A DNA stretch of 63,879 bases, filler included, from Rhabdomonas costata (lineage: Eukaryota): assembly GCA_019059605.1 (NCBI GenBank). It is 29 parts of 29 records of this genome, joined end to end, with 100 filler letters (N's around TTAATTAATTAA, not from the genome) between each part and the next. Parts side by side here need not be neighbours in the genome. Positions count along the whole stretch, not along the records: positions 24,389 to 26,503 come from JAHMHO010005523.1; positions 26,604 to 28,718 come from JAHMHO010005524.1; positions 28,819 to 30,934 come from JAHMHO010005525.1; positions 31,035 to 33,149 come from JAHMHO010005526.1; positions 33,250 to 35,364 come from JAHMHO010005527.1; positions 35,465 to 37,578 come from JAHMHO010005528.1; positions 37,679 to 39,794 come from JAHMHO010005529.1; 22 more parts are not named here. One strand, given 5' to 3'. The notes beneath the pieces are model-generated. The model had not been told where the DNA came from, made no database searches, and saw only the letters and a program-made list of their open reading frames with translations. Made by a program: the position numbers and the translations under genes. Within the stretch, counting starts at the first letter, position 1. Each line of letters starts with the position of its first letter. Of this stretch, positions 25,855 to 38,799 are shown piece after piece.

Positions 25855-26503
25855 GTAACGTTGATCTTTCGGGATATGTATTTGACCCTTTCTGTTGTAT
25901 GGTGATTTTTGTAGCAGTTCCCACAAACAAACAAACAAGGTCATGAGGGTGACGCCGAAGCAGGCCCGGGGTTTTGTGAAGAAAAAAAGGTAGAACAATT
26001 GTATTTGGGGATAGGTGGGCGGCGTTAAATGTTTCGGACATTGTGGATCGATAGGGACAACAAAGCTCCGCTGTGTCCCTCTACCCTTCCCTCTAGTGTT
26101 TCGGTCCCCGAGTTCGCTGCTGCCCCTTCGCTCTCGGTCCCCTTGTCTTTCTTCAATCTTTGAAAGTCCACTTCCCATCTTTTCTGCATTGCCCTGTGCA
26201 TAGTGTCTCTTGGCTATATAAGGACAACATTAGTTTCGAAGGCCAGTTGCCGCGGCTGCAGCGGATGCCAGCCCGCGGCGCGGACGAAGCGGGCGGATGA
26301 GGCTGGGACCTGTCATGGGGGGGTCTTACAAAAAATTTTCGTTACCATTCTCGCGATTGTGTCATTTCGCAGCATATCAAATCAAATATTCAGCCCGCTC
26401 CTGCTTAAAGCAAAAGTTCTTTTTCCTTGCTTTTTCGTTTGTAGCAAAGGAACAAAAGGGTAGATAGCCGCAGCGGTTCTCCTGGTTTTTAGTTTTGAAC
26501 GTA
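24669..26503. repeat. 158-bp direct repeat (24669-24826 and 26346-26503, one mismatch seen)
   Basis: cattctcgcgattgtgtc...ttttgaacgta occurs twice, 1677 bp apart. Confidence 0.95.
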
Positions 26504-27205
26504 NNNNNNNNNNNNNNNNNNNNNNNNNNNNNNNNNNNNNNNNNNNNTTAATTAATTAANNNNNNNNNNNNNNNNNNNNNNNNNNNNNNNNNNNNNNNNN
26601 NNNTTTGTTGGGTGTATCTCGTACAATTCCCTTGTAAAGTTGTAACCCATCTACAATTTAATCGTCCAGCAAAATCCTGTTTCCAGCACCTAAAGACAGC
26701 GCGACTGTGGAACAGCAATAGCTTTTATGCTCTATGTCTTTTTCCTTGTCTTACTGAGGCATCCAGCGTTTCTTATCACCCAAGTAAACACCGTTCTAAA
26801 AAGCAAGTCCCTCACATGAACCGTAATAACCACTTCACAGGACCAGAGGCAACAGACTGGAAGCGTGATCGCTCTGAGTGCCGCACGCCGCACAGGGACC
26901 CATACCTCCACGGGGACAGGACTGGGCTGCCTTCGGAGACCGCCGAGGAGAGGTGGACGGGCCGAGCTTTGGAATTTGTAGCAAAATAGAATAGAATAAT
27001 AATAGAATAGAATAGAATAAGAATTTGTAGCAGCTGCCTAGAGCAATCGTTGATCTCCAGTTGCCCTTGTCTTGTGGGCAGAGGGACGCATTGTTATGTG
27101 CTGCGCTGTGCCACAGGTATTTGGGCAGGTGTTGCCATGCACGGCATTTCCCCATTCATCATTTTTCCGCACGCCGCTACGTACATCTCGCACTCTCTGG
27201 TTTAG

Positions 27206-28590
27206 GCGGACTATTTCGGGCCCACCATCAACTTTGCGGCCCGGGTGGAATCCAAGGCCATTGGGGGGCAGGTGCTCATCAGTGAGCCCGTGCTGAACCA
27301 GCTCTCGGAGGAGTTCCGAGCGGAGGTCATACTGGCCGACGCAGGGAGCTACACTTTCAAGGGCATCGCTGTTCCCCAGGAGCTGTACTCCGTCTGCCTT
27401 CCTGTATGGAGCTGGGAAGGGTCCCCCCCCCCGTCTCTCCCCAATTCACGAAATCAGCGTCAGGTGAAGCTAATGCAGGTGGCTGTTGGGTGAAGTGAAC
27501 AGGAAGCGCGGACATGAGAATCTGTTCAATTCAATGCATGAACGCCACGAAAGGGCGCGGGGGGCATGACATATATGACCTGTCCTTCCGCACAATGCCA
27601 AGCGGTAAAACGTAGCCAAGAGCAGGATCGTCACCCAAGCATCACTCCCCTTTTCTGCCCCGCCTACTTCCTCCCAGCCCCTATTTCTAAAGTTATATTC
27701 CCCCACACACAAATATCCTTCACACGCATTTTTCAATCATTCTGCTATTCCTGTGCCTATGCCTGCAAGTGCTCTACCTTCTGCAATTTTCTTCGCGTCT
27801 ACGGCAACCTGTGACGTTTCAGGTGAAAAATTGGTCAGGTGTGTACCTTGTAATCGAATATGGGCGGTTTTCTTGTGTGACTTAGGAAGAGGTAGCCTTG
27901 ATCGATTTTACTGATTCTCAATGGAAGCCCGCTTCGGCGTACTCTCGTGTTCTCCCCGTGGTGGTGGGCTGATGGTTTGACAGGAGATTTGTAAGAGTCA
28001 AACCCAAACACGTACGCCCTTGCTGAACATTGAGTACTACATGATGCAGAGACTCCACAAACACAAATCGCACCCCCAAAAAAATGGAACATGGTGTTCC
28101 CGACTCAAGCCTGCCCAACCCTTCACCTTCCACGGCTTCGGTAGAGTTTCAATTAACGCGAAAACAGAACCAAAGGAGACGGAGAAGTCCTCTTTTAATC
28201 GTGTGGACACTTCTTCCGTTATTGGTGACGGCTTGCTGGATCGATTATGATGGCCGTTTGGCTGTTACATCGTATCGTCGCCAAATTGACCCTCGACTGC
28301 AGGAAATTCGCGACCGGGTGTTCCCGAAGGAGGCCCAGGTGCTGCTGTGCAACCGCTGCAAGGGCCCCGCGGTGTGCCCGAAATGCGACGCAGATGACCT
28401 CCTGAAGACCAAGAGTAAGCGCAACATAAGCGGGGGTCACCACCGCCTCAGCGGGGCAAGCACCAGCCTCACCCTGACGTCCTCCTCCTTCACCGACCAC
28501 CAGCCGCGCCACGTCGCCCCGGCCACGCTGGCGCGGTATGGCTCAGGAAGGTTCTGCAGAAGCCCCACCGGCCCCGTCGTCCCCATGTGA
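27206..28590 (+). CDS. Class III adenylate/guanylate cyclase, C-terminal part (exon 27206-27391; later exon from about 28285 or 28303)
   Basis: DYFGPTINFAARVESKAIGGQVLISE...GSYTFKGI...ELYS, then DRVFP and a CxxC...CxxC motif. Confidence 0.9.
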
Positions 28591-29899
28591 GATGTGAGCG
28601 TAAGATAGCTGTGTGACGGAAATTGCGTTGGTTTGGTCACCTTTCTTTTCGGCCCTGCACAACTCGCGGACACACTCTTGCACACAAATCGGCACCATAA
28701 CCCACCGCAGAAATCGCANNNNNNNNNNNNNNNNNNNNNNNNNNNNNNNNNNNNNNNNNNNNTTAATTAATTAANNNNNNNNNNNNNNNNNNNNNNNNNN
28801 NNNNNNNNNNNNNNNNNNGGGTTGGTGGTGGACTTGCAGTGGTTTGGTGTTGTTTACGTGGGCGCGTGGGTTATGATTAAGGTTGTGTTCGGATTGGGTT
28901 CTGTTGCTGTTGCGGATGGTGAGTATGGGTTTTTTTTTGACTTTTTCATTTGTTTTGGTTGCCGGTAATACCTGTCGTACAGCAGTGGATATCATGGGTT
29001 CTATTCTTTGTGTGTGTAGGTCTACGGTTCTGCGTGATTCTTCTTGATTTGGTGTTGCTTCCTGTGCTTGGTTCGTTGCCGCTGTTTCTCGTGGCTTCAT
29101 TTGTGTTGCAGTTGGCTGTGTTGTGTTTACGGTTCTGAATATTGGTTGACATTTGCATCTATGCGTATGTGGTTGCACAAGTGATGTGGTATTGGACTCT
29201 TGGGTGTTGACATAGTGTAGTTGGGTGATCTGGATAATGGCATGTCGAGGATGTGCGCTATTATGTGCTTTCTTGTGCTTTGCTTTGTATCTTGTATTCT
29301 CTCATATTTGGCGGTGGTTCAGTGTGTTAGTTCAGTGGAATGATGTTGGTAGCAGTTCATGTTGGGTGCGGGTAGTGGTTGATTTTGGCGTTGTATTAAG
29401 GCGCAGGACATTTTGTACCCAAGACCATTGTGTGATTGCCTGTGTCATGTTGTGTCATGTTGGTTGGGGTAGAATGGTGTGTGTTGTGGACGCTCGTGGT
29501 TTATGTCTTGTGCTCAACATCTTGTGCTTTCTCATCTCACAGTGGTTACGCAGGTGGTGGTAACGAGTGGTGGTGTTTACCGGTTGTGCATACCAATCCT
29601 TCATCTTCTGTCGGTATGAGGGCTTTACTGAGTGAGTCGGGTGTCCGATGGTGGTGCATGCTCTGTGATCAAACACTTGTACATGCTTCCTCTCCAACGT
29701 GCGTAAATCATGCTATTACCAGGGTAGCTCTGTAGCGTAGTAAAGAGCACCATCTAGTAGAGTGTGCGGCATCATGTTGGAGTGCATGATGGCATTTCAG
29801 CACCAGGATATGTGCGCCTCATCCTAGTACCTGTAGTAGTGTTGTGTGTGGCATGGTTGCTATGTTGCTGTGGTGAGGGTCCGATGTTTTGGTGGTTTT

Positions 29900-30700
29900 T
29901 ACCTCATCCTGGCGTCAGTTTTACAGATTTATCAGCCCACGGTGTGCTTTTATGTCATACCAGCCAGTACACCATCAACATTATGCGTAGTATTACCCTG
30001 TGGTATGATGTTGGCAGTGCAGTAAATCGTACAGCATGGAATCACAGTTACCTGGTGTGTGTAAAGCCATGTTGTGTGTTTGATGGAATGGTTGTTGTAA
30101 CTTTAATGGTGGTGGTGACTGTTGAATTATCGACCTCTGTGATGGAAATATACATCTGTGAGTTACTGAGACAACAACTTGAGACCCAACTGAACCAGTT
30201 ACGCGAAAAGGAGGCCTCCGATGTTGACATCACCACTGTTGAGTGAGCTTAATCATGATTATTGTTGTGAAGCTTCACATGTAGGAAATCCACTGTTGTT
30301 GACGTTAGGCCCTGTGGTAAGGATGGTGCCCACATACAGCATATATTTAATGATGACGGTAGTCGTGGTGACCCGCAGTGGCGTATTCTCACTCCCCCTG
30401 TAATGTCTCAACCCTCAAGCCTCACATTACTACACGCTATGGAATTCATGTGGGCCACTGATGTAAAGATGCCAAGTTCACCACTCCAATGCTTTGATTG
30501 AGGGGTAGGATACATCCTTTGATGCTAACGTTACCTCCGGCGACGCTCTCGGTACTCTCCTAATGTTTTCGACTGCTAGATACGCTTGCAAACCCAAGTT
30601 AAGGAATAATTTGAGTTGATCCCGACCCTCCTGTTGGTGGATGCAATTGGCTCAAAAGGAAGTCGGTAGGTGAATGTGGTAACAGAAAATCTGCGTAATT
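29900..30700 (+). mobile_element. Decayed Ty3/Gypsy pol (RT, connection, RNase H)
   Basis: A frameshifted YLDD-like segment (atatatttaatgatgac, about 30341), EFMW, FDANVTSGDALGTLL (TDAS..ALGAVL-like) and VNVVTENL (NVVADAL-like), in the expected order. Confidence 0.5.
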
Positions 30701-31349
30701 ATTTTTTCTGCAAAATAAATAAAGCGGTGACGTAAAGTCTAAATGACTGTATTTTAGTGTAAACGTTTATGTTACCTTTGCCATTGCCGCATTTTAGTGG
30801 CGGCGGTGGTGTAGATCAGTCAAACTAGTGTGGGCAGGAGGCATGGCCGCTTCTTCTACACCTAAGAGGCCCACTTCGTTCACAGTCAGGATCCCAGCCT
30901 TCGCAGGTGTTGTGCATTGAGCTACCACCCCCCCNNNNNNNNNNNNNNNNNNNNNNNNNNNNNNNNNNNNNNNNNNNNTTAATTAATTAANNNNNNNNNN
31001 NNNNNNNNNNNNNNNNNNNNNNNNNNNNNNNNNNGTGTGTTTTACAAAGCGAATATGCTTGCGTAACCGTCTTGACTGTAGAATTAATGTTTCCAACATT
31101 TCCATTTGCTTCATATCTCTTTTCAGTCGCTTTTTCATCCTCTCTCTTCAATCTCCGTTATGCTCCAGCTTCTAATGATGCGGAAGCACTGCATTATCAA
31201 CTTCGTTAATTTCTCGTACCGCTTCAGCCACTCATCCATTATTTCTCTCGCGCTGAGACAACTTTATATAGGACTAATTTCAACTAAAACAGCAGGCTGA
31301 TGTCACAAAGGTGCCGTTAGCTGATCAGTGTATGGTAGAACATAAAAAA

Positions 31350-32400
31350 AATAAAAAAGAGTGAATCCATACTGCCGAGCTTCGCTGTACCAGCTTTTTT
31401 CCATCTTGATTGTAGTAGATCCCAAGTTAGTGCTTTAGACAACTCTTTGGGCTGGTACCAATGCCATATGTTTTGGTACCATCTAAATGAACATTATCAT
31501 CACAACCAAAAATTGAATAAAGTATGGCATCAAACTTTTTGATTCCTGCATAATCGCTTTGTAAAATCCACGACGACATGCTTTGGTCGCAATGTTGTCA
31601 GGTTTTGATGAATCTTTGATGAATTTTTGATGAAATATTGTTAAGGGGCATACAAGGCATGAGTGATTACAGGAAGCATTTTTGTCGGTAGAACACGCTG
31701 TACTTTGTAGATAAAACAAGTCCACCTGCCAACTCCTCCAAAAGATGCCAATGCTCATTGCGTGTGGTTGCAGTGTAACAATTATCACTGGTAACTGTTA
31801 CTGTATAAAGGCTTATAATTATCAAAAAAATATTATCAATCATTTTGAAAAGGTAAATGTGGTGTTTGTTTTGTGTAAGGCACAGTGCAAGGCACAATGT
31901 AATGCTGTCTGGGACAACTTGTAGCAATGTTCCCTAGTTGAGGATTTTAATTTGCACATCAAATAGAATGCTATCTAATACTATCCTATGATGTTTCGGA
32001 GTTGGAGAGGTACAGCATACGTTTAGTGCCAAGGCCATGAAGCCACGAAGCGCCCAAGTTTTGAACATTAAACATCCACTGAACAACGCCAACTGCCACT
32101 GCAGCAAGGCGGTGTGTACATGAGAATGAAGACTGAGATGTGTGATCAACATTCACTTGAAACCAGACACAACGCTTGCTGCTCTGGTGTGTGCGCATCA
32201 TGTTCCAATGCCACCGAAGTTTCAAGGGTTGTGCATCACCTTGAACGTTTTCACGGGCTCTTTCACCAATGCCTGGCTGAAATAAAAGACCACCCTACGA
32301 AAACATCACCGAGGATACTTTCCAAATGAAAGCGCTGTCATAAGTGGCAAGTGTGAAGTAGTAGGATCTGCCTCCAGGATGTGTGGGCATTTTCTTTTGG
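31350..32400 (+). mobile_element. Decayed LTR-retrotransposon integrase
   Basis: HLERFHGLFHQCL resembles GxVERFHRTLKxxL. There is an upstream TCQ zinc-finger-like remnant and many stops. Confidence 0.4.
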
Positions 32401-33249
32401 TCGTCGCCAAATTTGGTGGTCACCAATTTTGTCAAAACAGTCCTGGCTGCTGCCTTCGTTTTGTACCAAGCCAACCTGTTGCAATGATTTCGTCCGGATG
32501 GCTTTGGGACGCAGTACTGTGGTTGGGTGGTAGTTTCGTGGTTCGCGTCCTGGGTGGTTTTATTGTTGAGGCGGTGCTGGAAATCGGAAACGCTACACCA
32601 ATATGAAGTAACCACCCGAGTAACCACCCGAAGGAAAACACATTCAAGAAAGTTTCTTTGGATTCGATTTCTTTTTGCTTTTTCCAATTTCAGGGCTCTA
32701 CCGGCGTTCCTGCCATCATTTGCGCCATGCGTCCAAGAAGCCAGCATATGCCCCAAGAAACGGGGGATAGAGCCGTAGGGGTAGCGGAGGAGAGTTTTAG
32801 TACAATTTGCCAAGGCCGACGGGAAAACAGCGTTGTTTTCCAACTGAATCAAAAAATCATGGAAGACGAGGGGCTTGAAGACCCTTCAGGCAAAAAGACA
32901 CATCATTTATGGATGGCATCACCGGAAGGGACGCTTTTTCAGGAAGGAACGGGTGATTTAATCAAAGACATGTTTTTTCAAACGGGTGATATGGGTTCAA
33001 GGTGATAATGGTTTAGGAAGGGACGCAGCCTTGCGCAAAATATTTCTGCCCGGTCCTACCGGCTCTGGGCTCCTGACCCCCGCCCGTGCATACCAACTGA
33101 CGTTTCCTGAAGTTTCGCATGTTCCCCCGTTTTGCCGCCAAAGCCACACNNNNNNNNNNNNNNNNNNNNNNNNNNNNNNNNNNNNNNNNNNNNTTAATTA
33201 ATTAANNNNNNNNNNNNNNNNNNNNNNNNNNNNNNNNNNNNNNNNNNNN

Positions 33250-34074
33250 GTGTGTTGAGTAAGATCAGGGTTGGGCCGGCCATTGACCCGGAAAGGTTTC
33301 CCCAACGCTGTTTCTAAGAGCTCTCGGACAAGGGGATGCCTGCACTTCTCGATGACAAGATGGCAGCTTGTTGGAAACCCGGTGACGTCCAAGACGGCAA
33401 CCGCATCCACCCCTTTGTGCATCGTCTTGATAACCTGCCGGGCCCCGGCAAAGTCCAGGCCATTGCTGTCAGTGCCTTCTTCACCGTAGGTCACCTCTAA
33501 ACGGATGTAGTCTGAGTAAAAAAAAGTGGAAGAAATCCAGTGAAACTGAACGAATCTACCCAATCCACAGGAGACGCGGCCCGCAACAACACTGAAAACA
33601 CTCATAGCCCAGACAGAGCAAAAACATATATCAGCACAACAACTTGCTTCCCAACCCCTGTGAAGGAAAATTTCTTTGGAACATCTCCGGGGGGCATCCT
33701 TTTTGACATCGAATTCAGAAAGGTAACATATGATGATTTCATTTTTCACAAAAAGAAAAATTTAAGATGCAGATGCCGGCCGACATCCTCGTCACATATA
33801 AACGTCACATATAAATATGGCCCGCAACGTTATTATAACTCTGTTTGCATGAGCAAAAGGCAACACTGTGTGCTTCTCCGCGGGGACCTGGTGGCATCCG
33901 ACAAGAGAAGTGAGCCCGCATGAGGCAGGACACCCCCGCAAAGTTGTCCATGTGCCCGAACACAGTGGGCTCGCCCCGGGCAAAGGCGGTCTCGCTTCGG
34001 ACGCACTTCACCCCGGAGGAAAAGTTGGTGTCTCCGTGGGCGGAGAATATTATGCACCCCGAGATTCCACTCAT
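33250..34074 (-). CDS. M28-like zinc peptidase (5' part; exons 34074-33888, 33511-33250)
   Basis: Candidate metal-ligand motifs FSAHGD, GHMDNFAGV, TYGEE and VLDVTG. Phase-1 GT-AG intron. Confidence 0.7.
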
Positions 34075-34659
34075 CGTACGAACGTGGGGAAAGCCGAAGG
34101 TACAGCTGGGGCCAAAAAGCAATACATTCAGCCCACGTCCAATCAATTCAGCCAGCTAATGTGTTTCAGAAAAGGGGGAAGTGTGGCCAATTCAAATATG
34201 AAAGTCTCTGCTGCTTTGAAAAATGCTGCTCTGTTCTCCCCTTTCCAATGTGAACATGCGAACGTGATGACCAATGTCTTCAAATACAAAAAGTCATTCG
34301 TGCATCAAAGCCCCCCGCCCCTCTATGTCCAACACTTCAAAGCACCGCAATGTACAAAAGCCGCCTTGTAGTCAGGGGGCTGGGGTCAGTGCAAACATCA
34401 ATCAGGACCTCCCCCCAGCAAATTGCTGCAAGAAGGTCTCACCACAGGATGTGAAAGAAAATTGGAAAGCGAGCAAAAATACCGACCAAGAGCCAAAGAA
34501 GAGAGCCACTCAGTTCTTCCAAAACCATGAGGTGTTGGGACGTGACAAAAAACAAGAGAGCAAAAGTCCATGCCCAACTCCAAACGTGTTCGGCACTTCA
34601 CGGCGGCGGGGCATAAACAGCATGGCGGTTGGCACCAGCTACATTGAATAGGAGGCGGG

Positions 34660-35298
34660 TTACCAAATCTTGCCGAGAGCCTTCCGCAAAATTCCCGGAT
34701 CGTCAGAAGCCTTCACTGCCTTCTTGCCCACTTGGCTGTTGTCCACATTGAGCTGCACCTCGCCGTTTGGGTCAAGGAACAGGTGCACCTTCGAGCCCTT
34801 CTGGATGTGGTCGAACTCATGTGAAGCGGCGATTTTGCTGATCACCCTAACAAGACGGGGGAGAAAATCTGAGGAGATGCTTAAATTTCAGGAGGCGACC
34901 CATAAAACACATGAGATACAAACGATCTCCCAAAAAGCTGCTACTTTCGCCGCTTCTACACGCAGACACACACTGCGAAAAAAACAAGAGCAAGACACGC
35001 TTCTTTCTAGCTTCCTGCTCTTCACTGTGTGACTCCAGAATCACCACGGTTGAGCTGCGTCCCGAAAAAAAAGCGGGTATGAGGGGGGGGGGGCGATGTC
35101 ATACTTGCGGTCCACTTCATGCTGGATGGAGCGGGCACCGTACCGCACGTTGTACGCACGTGTGACCAGGTCAACCACTTCGGGGGCCCAGCTCAGTTCC
35201 ATTTCGTGCCGCTCTATGGCGCGCCGAGCCCACTTCGTCAGCTCCCGCGTGGTGAGCTCACGCAGCTCGCTCTCCGAGAAAGGCAGGAAATACAAAAT
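34660..35298 (-). CDS. CLPB: ClpB-family AAA+ chaperone C-terminus, Skd3-like (exons 35298-35105, 34846-34660)
   Basis: ILYFLPFSESEL...YNVRYGARSIQHEVDRK|VISKIAASHE. Phase-2 GT-AG intron; TAA stop. Confidence 0.85.
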
Positions 35299-35479
35299 CT
35301 GCACACATACACACAGAGAGATACTGCGGGATTCCATTTTATCTTCTTTTTACGGCCCTCAACCNNNNNNNNNNNNNNNNNNNNNNNNNNNNNNNNNNNN
35401 NNNNNNNNTTAATTAATTAANNNNNNNNNNNNNNNNNNNNNNNNNNNNNNNNNNNNNNNNNNNNGGGGTTTGGGAGTAC

Positions 35480-37199
35480 CCTTCACAAATTGCATCCCCT
35501 CCTGGGACTTGTTAGTGACGAACTCCAGCATGCAACCGAATTTCTTGTAGTTCTCTGCAAACCACTCCACCATCGGCGTGGTCTCGGTCTGCATCCCGTC
35601 CCCCCCCCCCATTGCTCCCGCCTTCTTCAGGCATTCTTCGGGTTTCACAGCTTGCGTCTGCCAACTTTGCCCAATAAGCAAGCAACACAACTCTCTGTTG
35701 ATTGAAGATCGAGGAAGGAAAGTCGAAAACAGCATCAAAAGTGGCACACGGCATAAGGCACAGTTCCCCACAGTGGCCAGATAGACAGCACGACAATGAA
35801 TGAAGAAACTCATCACGAAAAGCGCCTTTCTGGTGCAACCCCAACCGCTCCAGCAACCTAGCAAGGTCTTGACGTGCGCTGAGTCCCTCACCCGCCAATC
35901 CACAGAAGACAAAAGAGAACCTCCAGAGCGGCGGATGTCTCGGGGTCGATGTAGTACTCCCTCTTCTCGGCCTCCTTGGGGGTCAGGAAGTGCTGCCGCT
36001 CAACCCCGGAGGTGGGGTTCTTCGTAACCAGCCGCACGTGCTGTAGGTCCTCCCAGAGGATCAGCCTGGGGGCGAAGAGGGCGGTGCGGACGGAGGGAAC
36101 CCCCTCTGAAGGGGACTGTTGTTAATACTCACCCACTGCTCACTTTGTTTGCCCCGCATTGCCTCTTTGTGGCCGCCATAGTGATGCTGTCTCGAACGTA
36201 GTGGCGAAACCTGCTGTTGCTTTAAAAGTATGCGTGCCGCAGCTTTGTGATAAGCACACGATGCAGAGACAACGCTGTCAGGAAGACGAGGGGCCATGAG
36301 CCCATGAGGGGTTGGTCATCTGCCTGTTCAATCCCAACCCATTATAAAAAGGGACGGGGCACATTGCAATTATTTCCGAGAAACTGACGAATATTCACGC
36401 ACAAGCATACAAAGAGCGGAGACTAAACGATGATCAGCGATTGTGCAACGGGCTCCCTCTTGGCTGGACGTCACCCCCACTTTCACCAAACCGGAAAGGC
36501 TAAACTGCCGCTCCAAAGACATGTTCTAGGAAACGCAACCCGAGACATTCGTCTACACAAGCCACAACGTGAAAGGCACCTCTCTACGGCGCCCATCTCC
36601 AAGGCCTTCAGGGTGTCCTCCACGCCGTAGCAGTACATGTTGGTGTCCTTGGCGATCTCGTCGAAGTAGCGGTTGATCAGCTTCTTCTCCTGGATGAACC
36701 GCACCCCGGCCAGGGAGTCCGCGGAGAGCTCCACGGCCTGGCACACGGCAGAAAGGCAGAACGACTCACCGCTCACCGACCCAGAAAACAGCCTGAGCCC
36801 AAAATTCACTTTTTACTGTGATGGGTGCTCTGCTGTCTCACTGAGGCGCGCGACCAAAGCGAGAACAATGGAACAAAAAGGGATAGCACGACAAATGACA
36901 GAAAGAAGAAAGCCTATCCAGCAAAGAGTAAACGACAGCATATTATCTTTGATGTCCGCTTGGGTTGAGTATTTCTGAGGTAACTCTGTTGAAGGCACAT
37001 TCACGTTGGCGGTGCGCAGTTATCTGAGGCCAACATCCACTGGACAGCAATGGGATCGAAGGCTATTGGCGGGAACGCAAACCTGGTTGAAGCCGTTCTC
37101 ACCGCCGTAGGCCACGTCCACCACCTTCAGCACCACGGGAGAGAGCCTCTGATCAAACAGGTCGGACTGGTTGAGGTCGTTCTTAAAGTCCGCGGAACC
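35480..37199 (-). CDS. ERF1: Eukaryotic release factor 1, middle and C domains (exons 37199-37083, 36737-36580, 36065-35921, 35588-35480)
   Basis: [53 protein letters not shown] and [30 protein letters not shown]. Confidence 0.97.
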
Positions 37200-37959
37200 C
37201 TGTGCGGTTGAGGCAGTGGTGAGTGACTTCGTCCCTAATGCTGCCACTGCGCGAATTTGTGGTTGTCACCCCTTGAGAGGAAGGACAGCCATTCCAGCGT
37301 TTCGAGCATTCTTACAACTTGGAAAGAAAACACACAACAGTACGGAACGGAACTTGGAAAGATGGCACCCCGATATATCACAACCGGTGCAGAGAACTTT
37401 CTTTGGAGCGCAATACCACAGCACACCGCATCCGCACACTGAACCGGGTGCAACAATAAACCGCCGTATTGATACTTTCACAAACCGAAATCGGCTCGAA
37501 ACCGCATTCTCTGCTATCGCTCAAGGAACACGGGTTATACACATAGAAGTGAAAGCCAACCCAACCAGACGATACACCNNNNNNNNNNNNNNNNNNNNNN
37601 NNNNNNNNNNNNNNNNNNNNNNTTAATTAATTAANNNNNNNNNNNNNNNNNNNNNNNNNNNNNNNNNNNNNNNNNNNNAAAGAACTAAACGCTGCCGTCG
37701 TGATCGCCCCGCACCTGATCCAGGAGAACCGGTCTGATCGAAATTGCTGACCTCCGCAGTCAGCATTTGCATGGGCGATTCCTCAACCCGACAGAGTGGG
37801 CGAGGCGCTCCTCACGCAAAAAGCCAGTCATCTGTTTTTTTTGCAATGTGGCGTCAACGTACTCAACCTCTCAAGATCGGGAAAGTCCTTGTCAGCGGGG
37901 AGAACGTTACCACAAAGAAACGGTGGGTACCGGGGGTGGGAACGTGTTCGTTCGAAGTA

Positions 37960-38330
37960 GCCCACTTTAGCGACCGTGCGCTTCCCCCCGCAGGGGCATC
38001 TATGAGGAGGACGCCTAACAACCCGATCACGCTCCTTGAATTGGCAGCCCATAATTCAGTGGATGAACATCAAGACCTTCACATGCCATCGCTAGTCGTG
38101 ATCAATTACTCCAGCTCAAACCCAGATGTGGTGCTCCAAGGAAAAACCACTGCGCTGGGCAATGCGTCGATGCATTCAGGGATGTATGGCAAAAGCCAAG
38201 TCTTTTGGAATAAGCGCATTGCCTCCAGCTGCAATAACCACATCGTCTGCACTGGCCATGCCAAAACGTACGGCGATAAATTTCACAAGCAGATTTTTCG
38301 CCTCTGGTACCGAAACATTCACCGGAGCAT
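37960..38330 (-). pseudogene. dut: dUTPase pseudogene, probably part of a retroelement
   Basis: One frame reads SADDVVIAAGGNALIPKDLAFAIHP*MHRRIAQRSGFSLEHHIWV*AGVIDHD*RWHVKVLMFIH*...RDRV. This matches dUTPase motifs II-IV with 4 in-frame stops. Confidence 0.85.
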
Positions 38331-38799
38331 CCTGATGTGTTCCGAGCACGAGAGGGGTTGACTCCGGATCCAAAACCTTTACGGAGCGGCAGGATTGGTA
38401 GTGGGATTAATGACATTCAGTTGCCAATTATATTCATCTTCAGAAGGAGGAAGAAATTGTAGGAAGGATGACACTGAACTCAGATTGATTTTGAAACAGG
38501 AACACAATTCCAATTAAAATCGGCACTGTCATCTCCACACAGTTAATCAACGTGTTGAATTCATGAAGGAAAAAATAGTCCAACACAATGGGAACAGAAA
38601 TTCAATCACACGCAAGAAAGTCTCACCTGAACTTCCCCTATCTTCCATTGCAAAGAAACATAGTGCGTCACTGTCAGTGTATTTCCATTTGCGACATTCA
38701 ACTGAGTCTGTGACTTTAAAGGCAATAAGTTTTATTCTGCTTTACGCACAACGTCCGCACTGATGAATGAGTTCAAAGTTCACAATTATAGCAAAGCAA

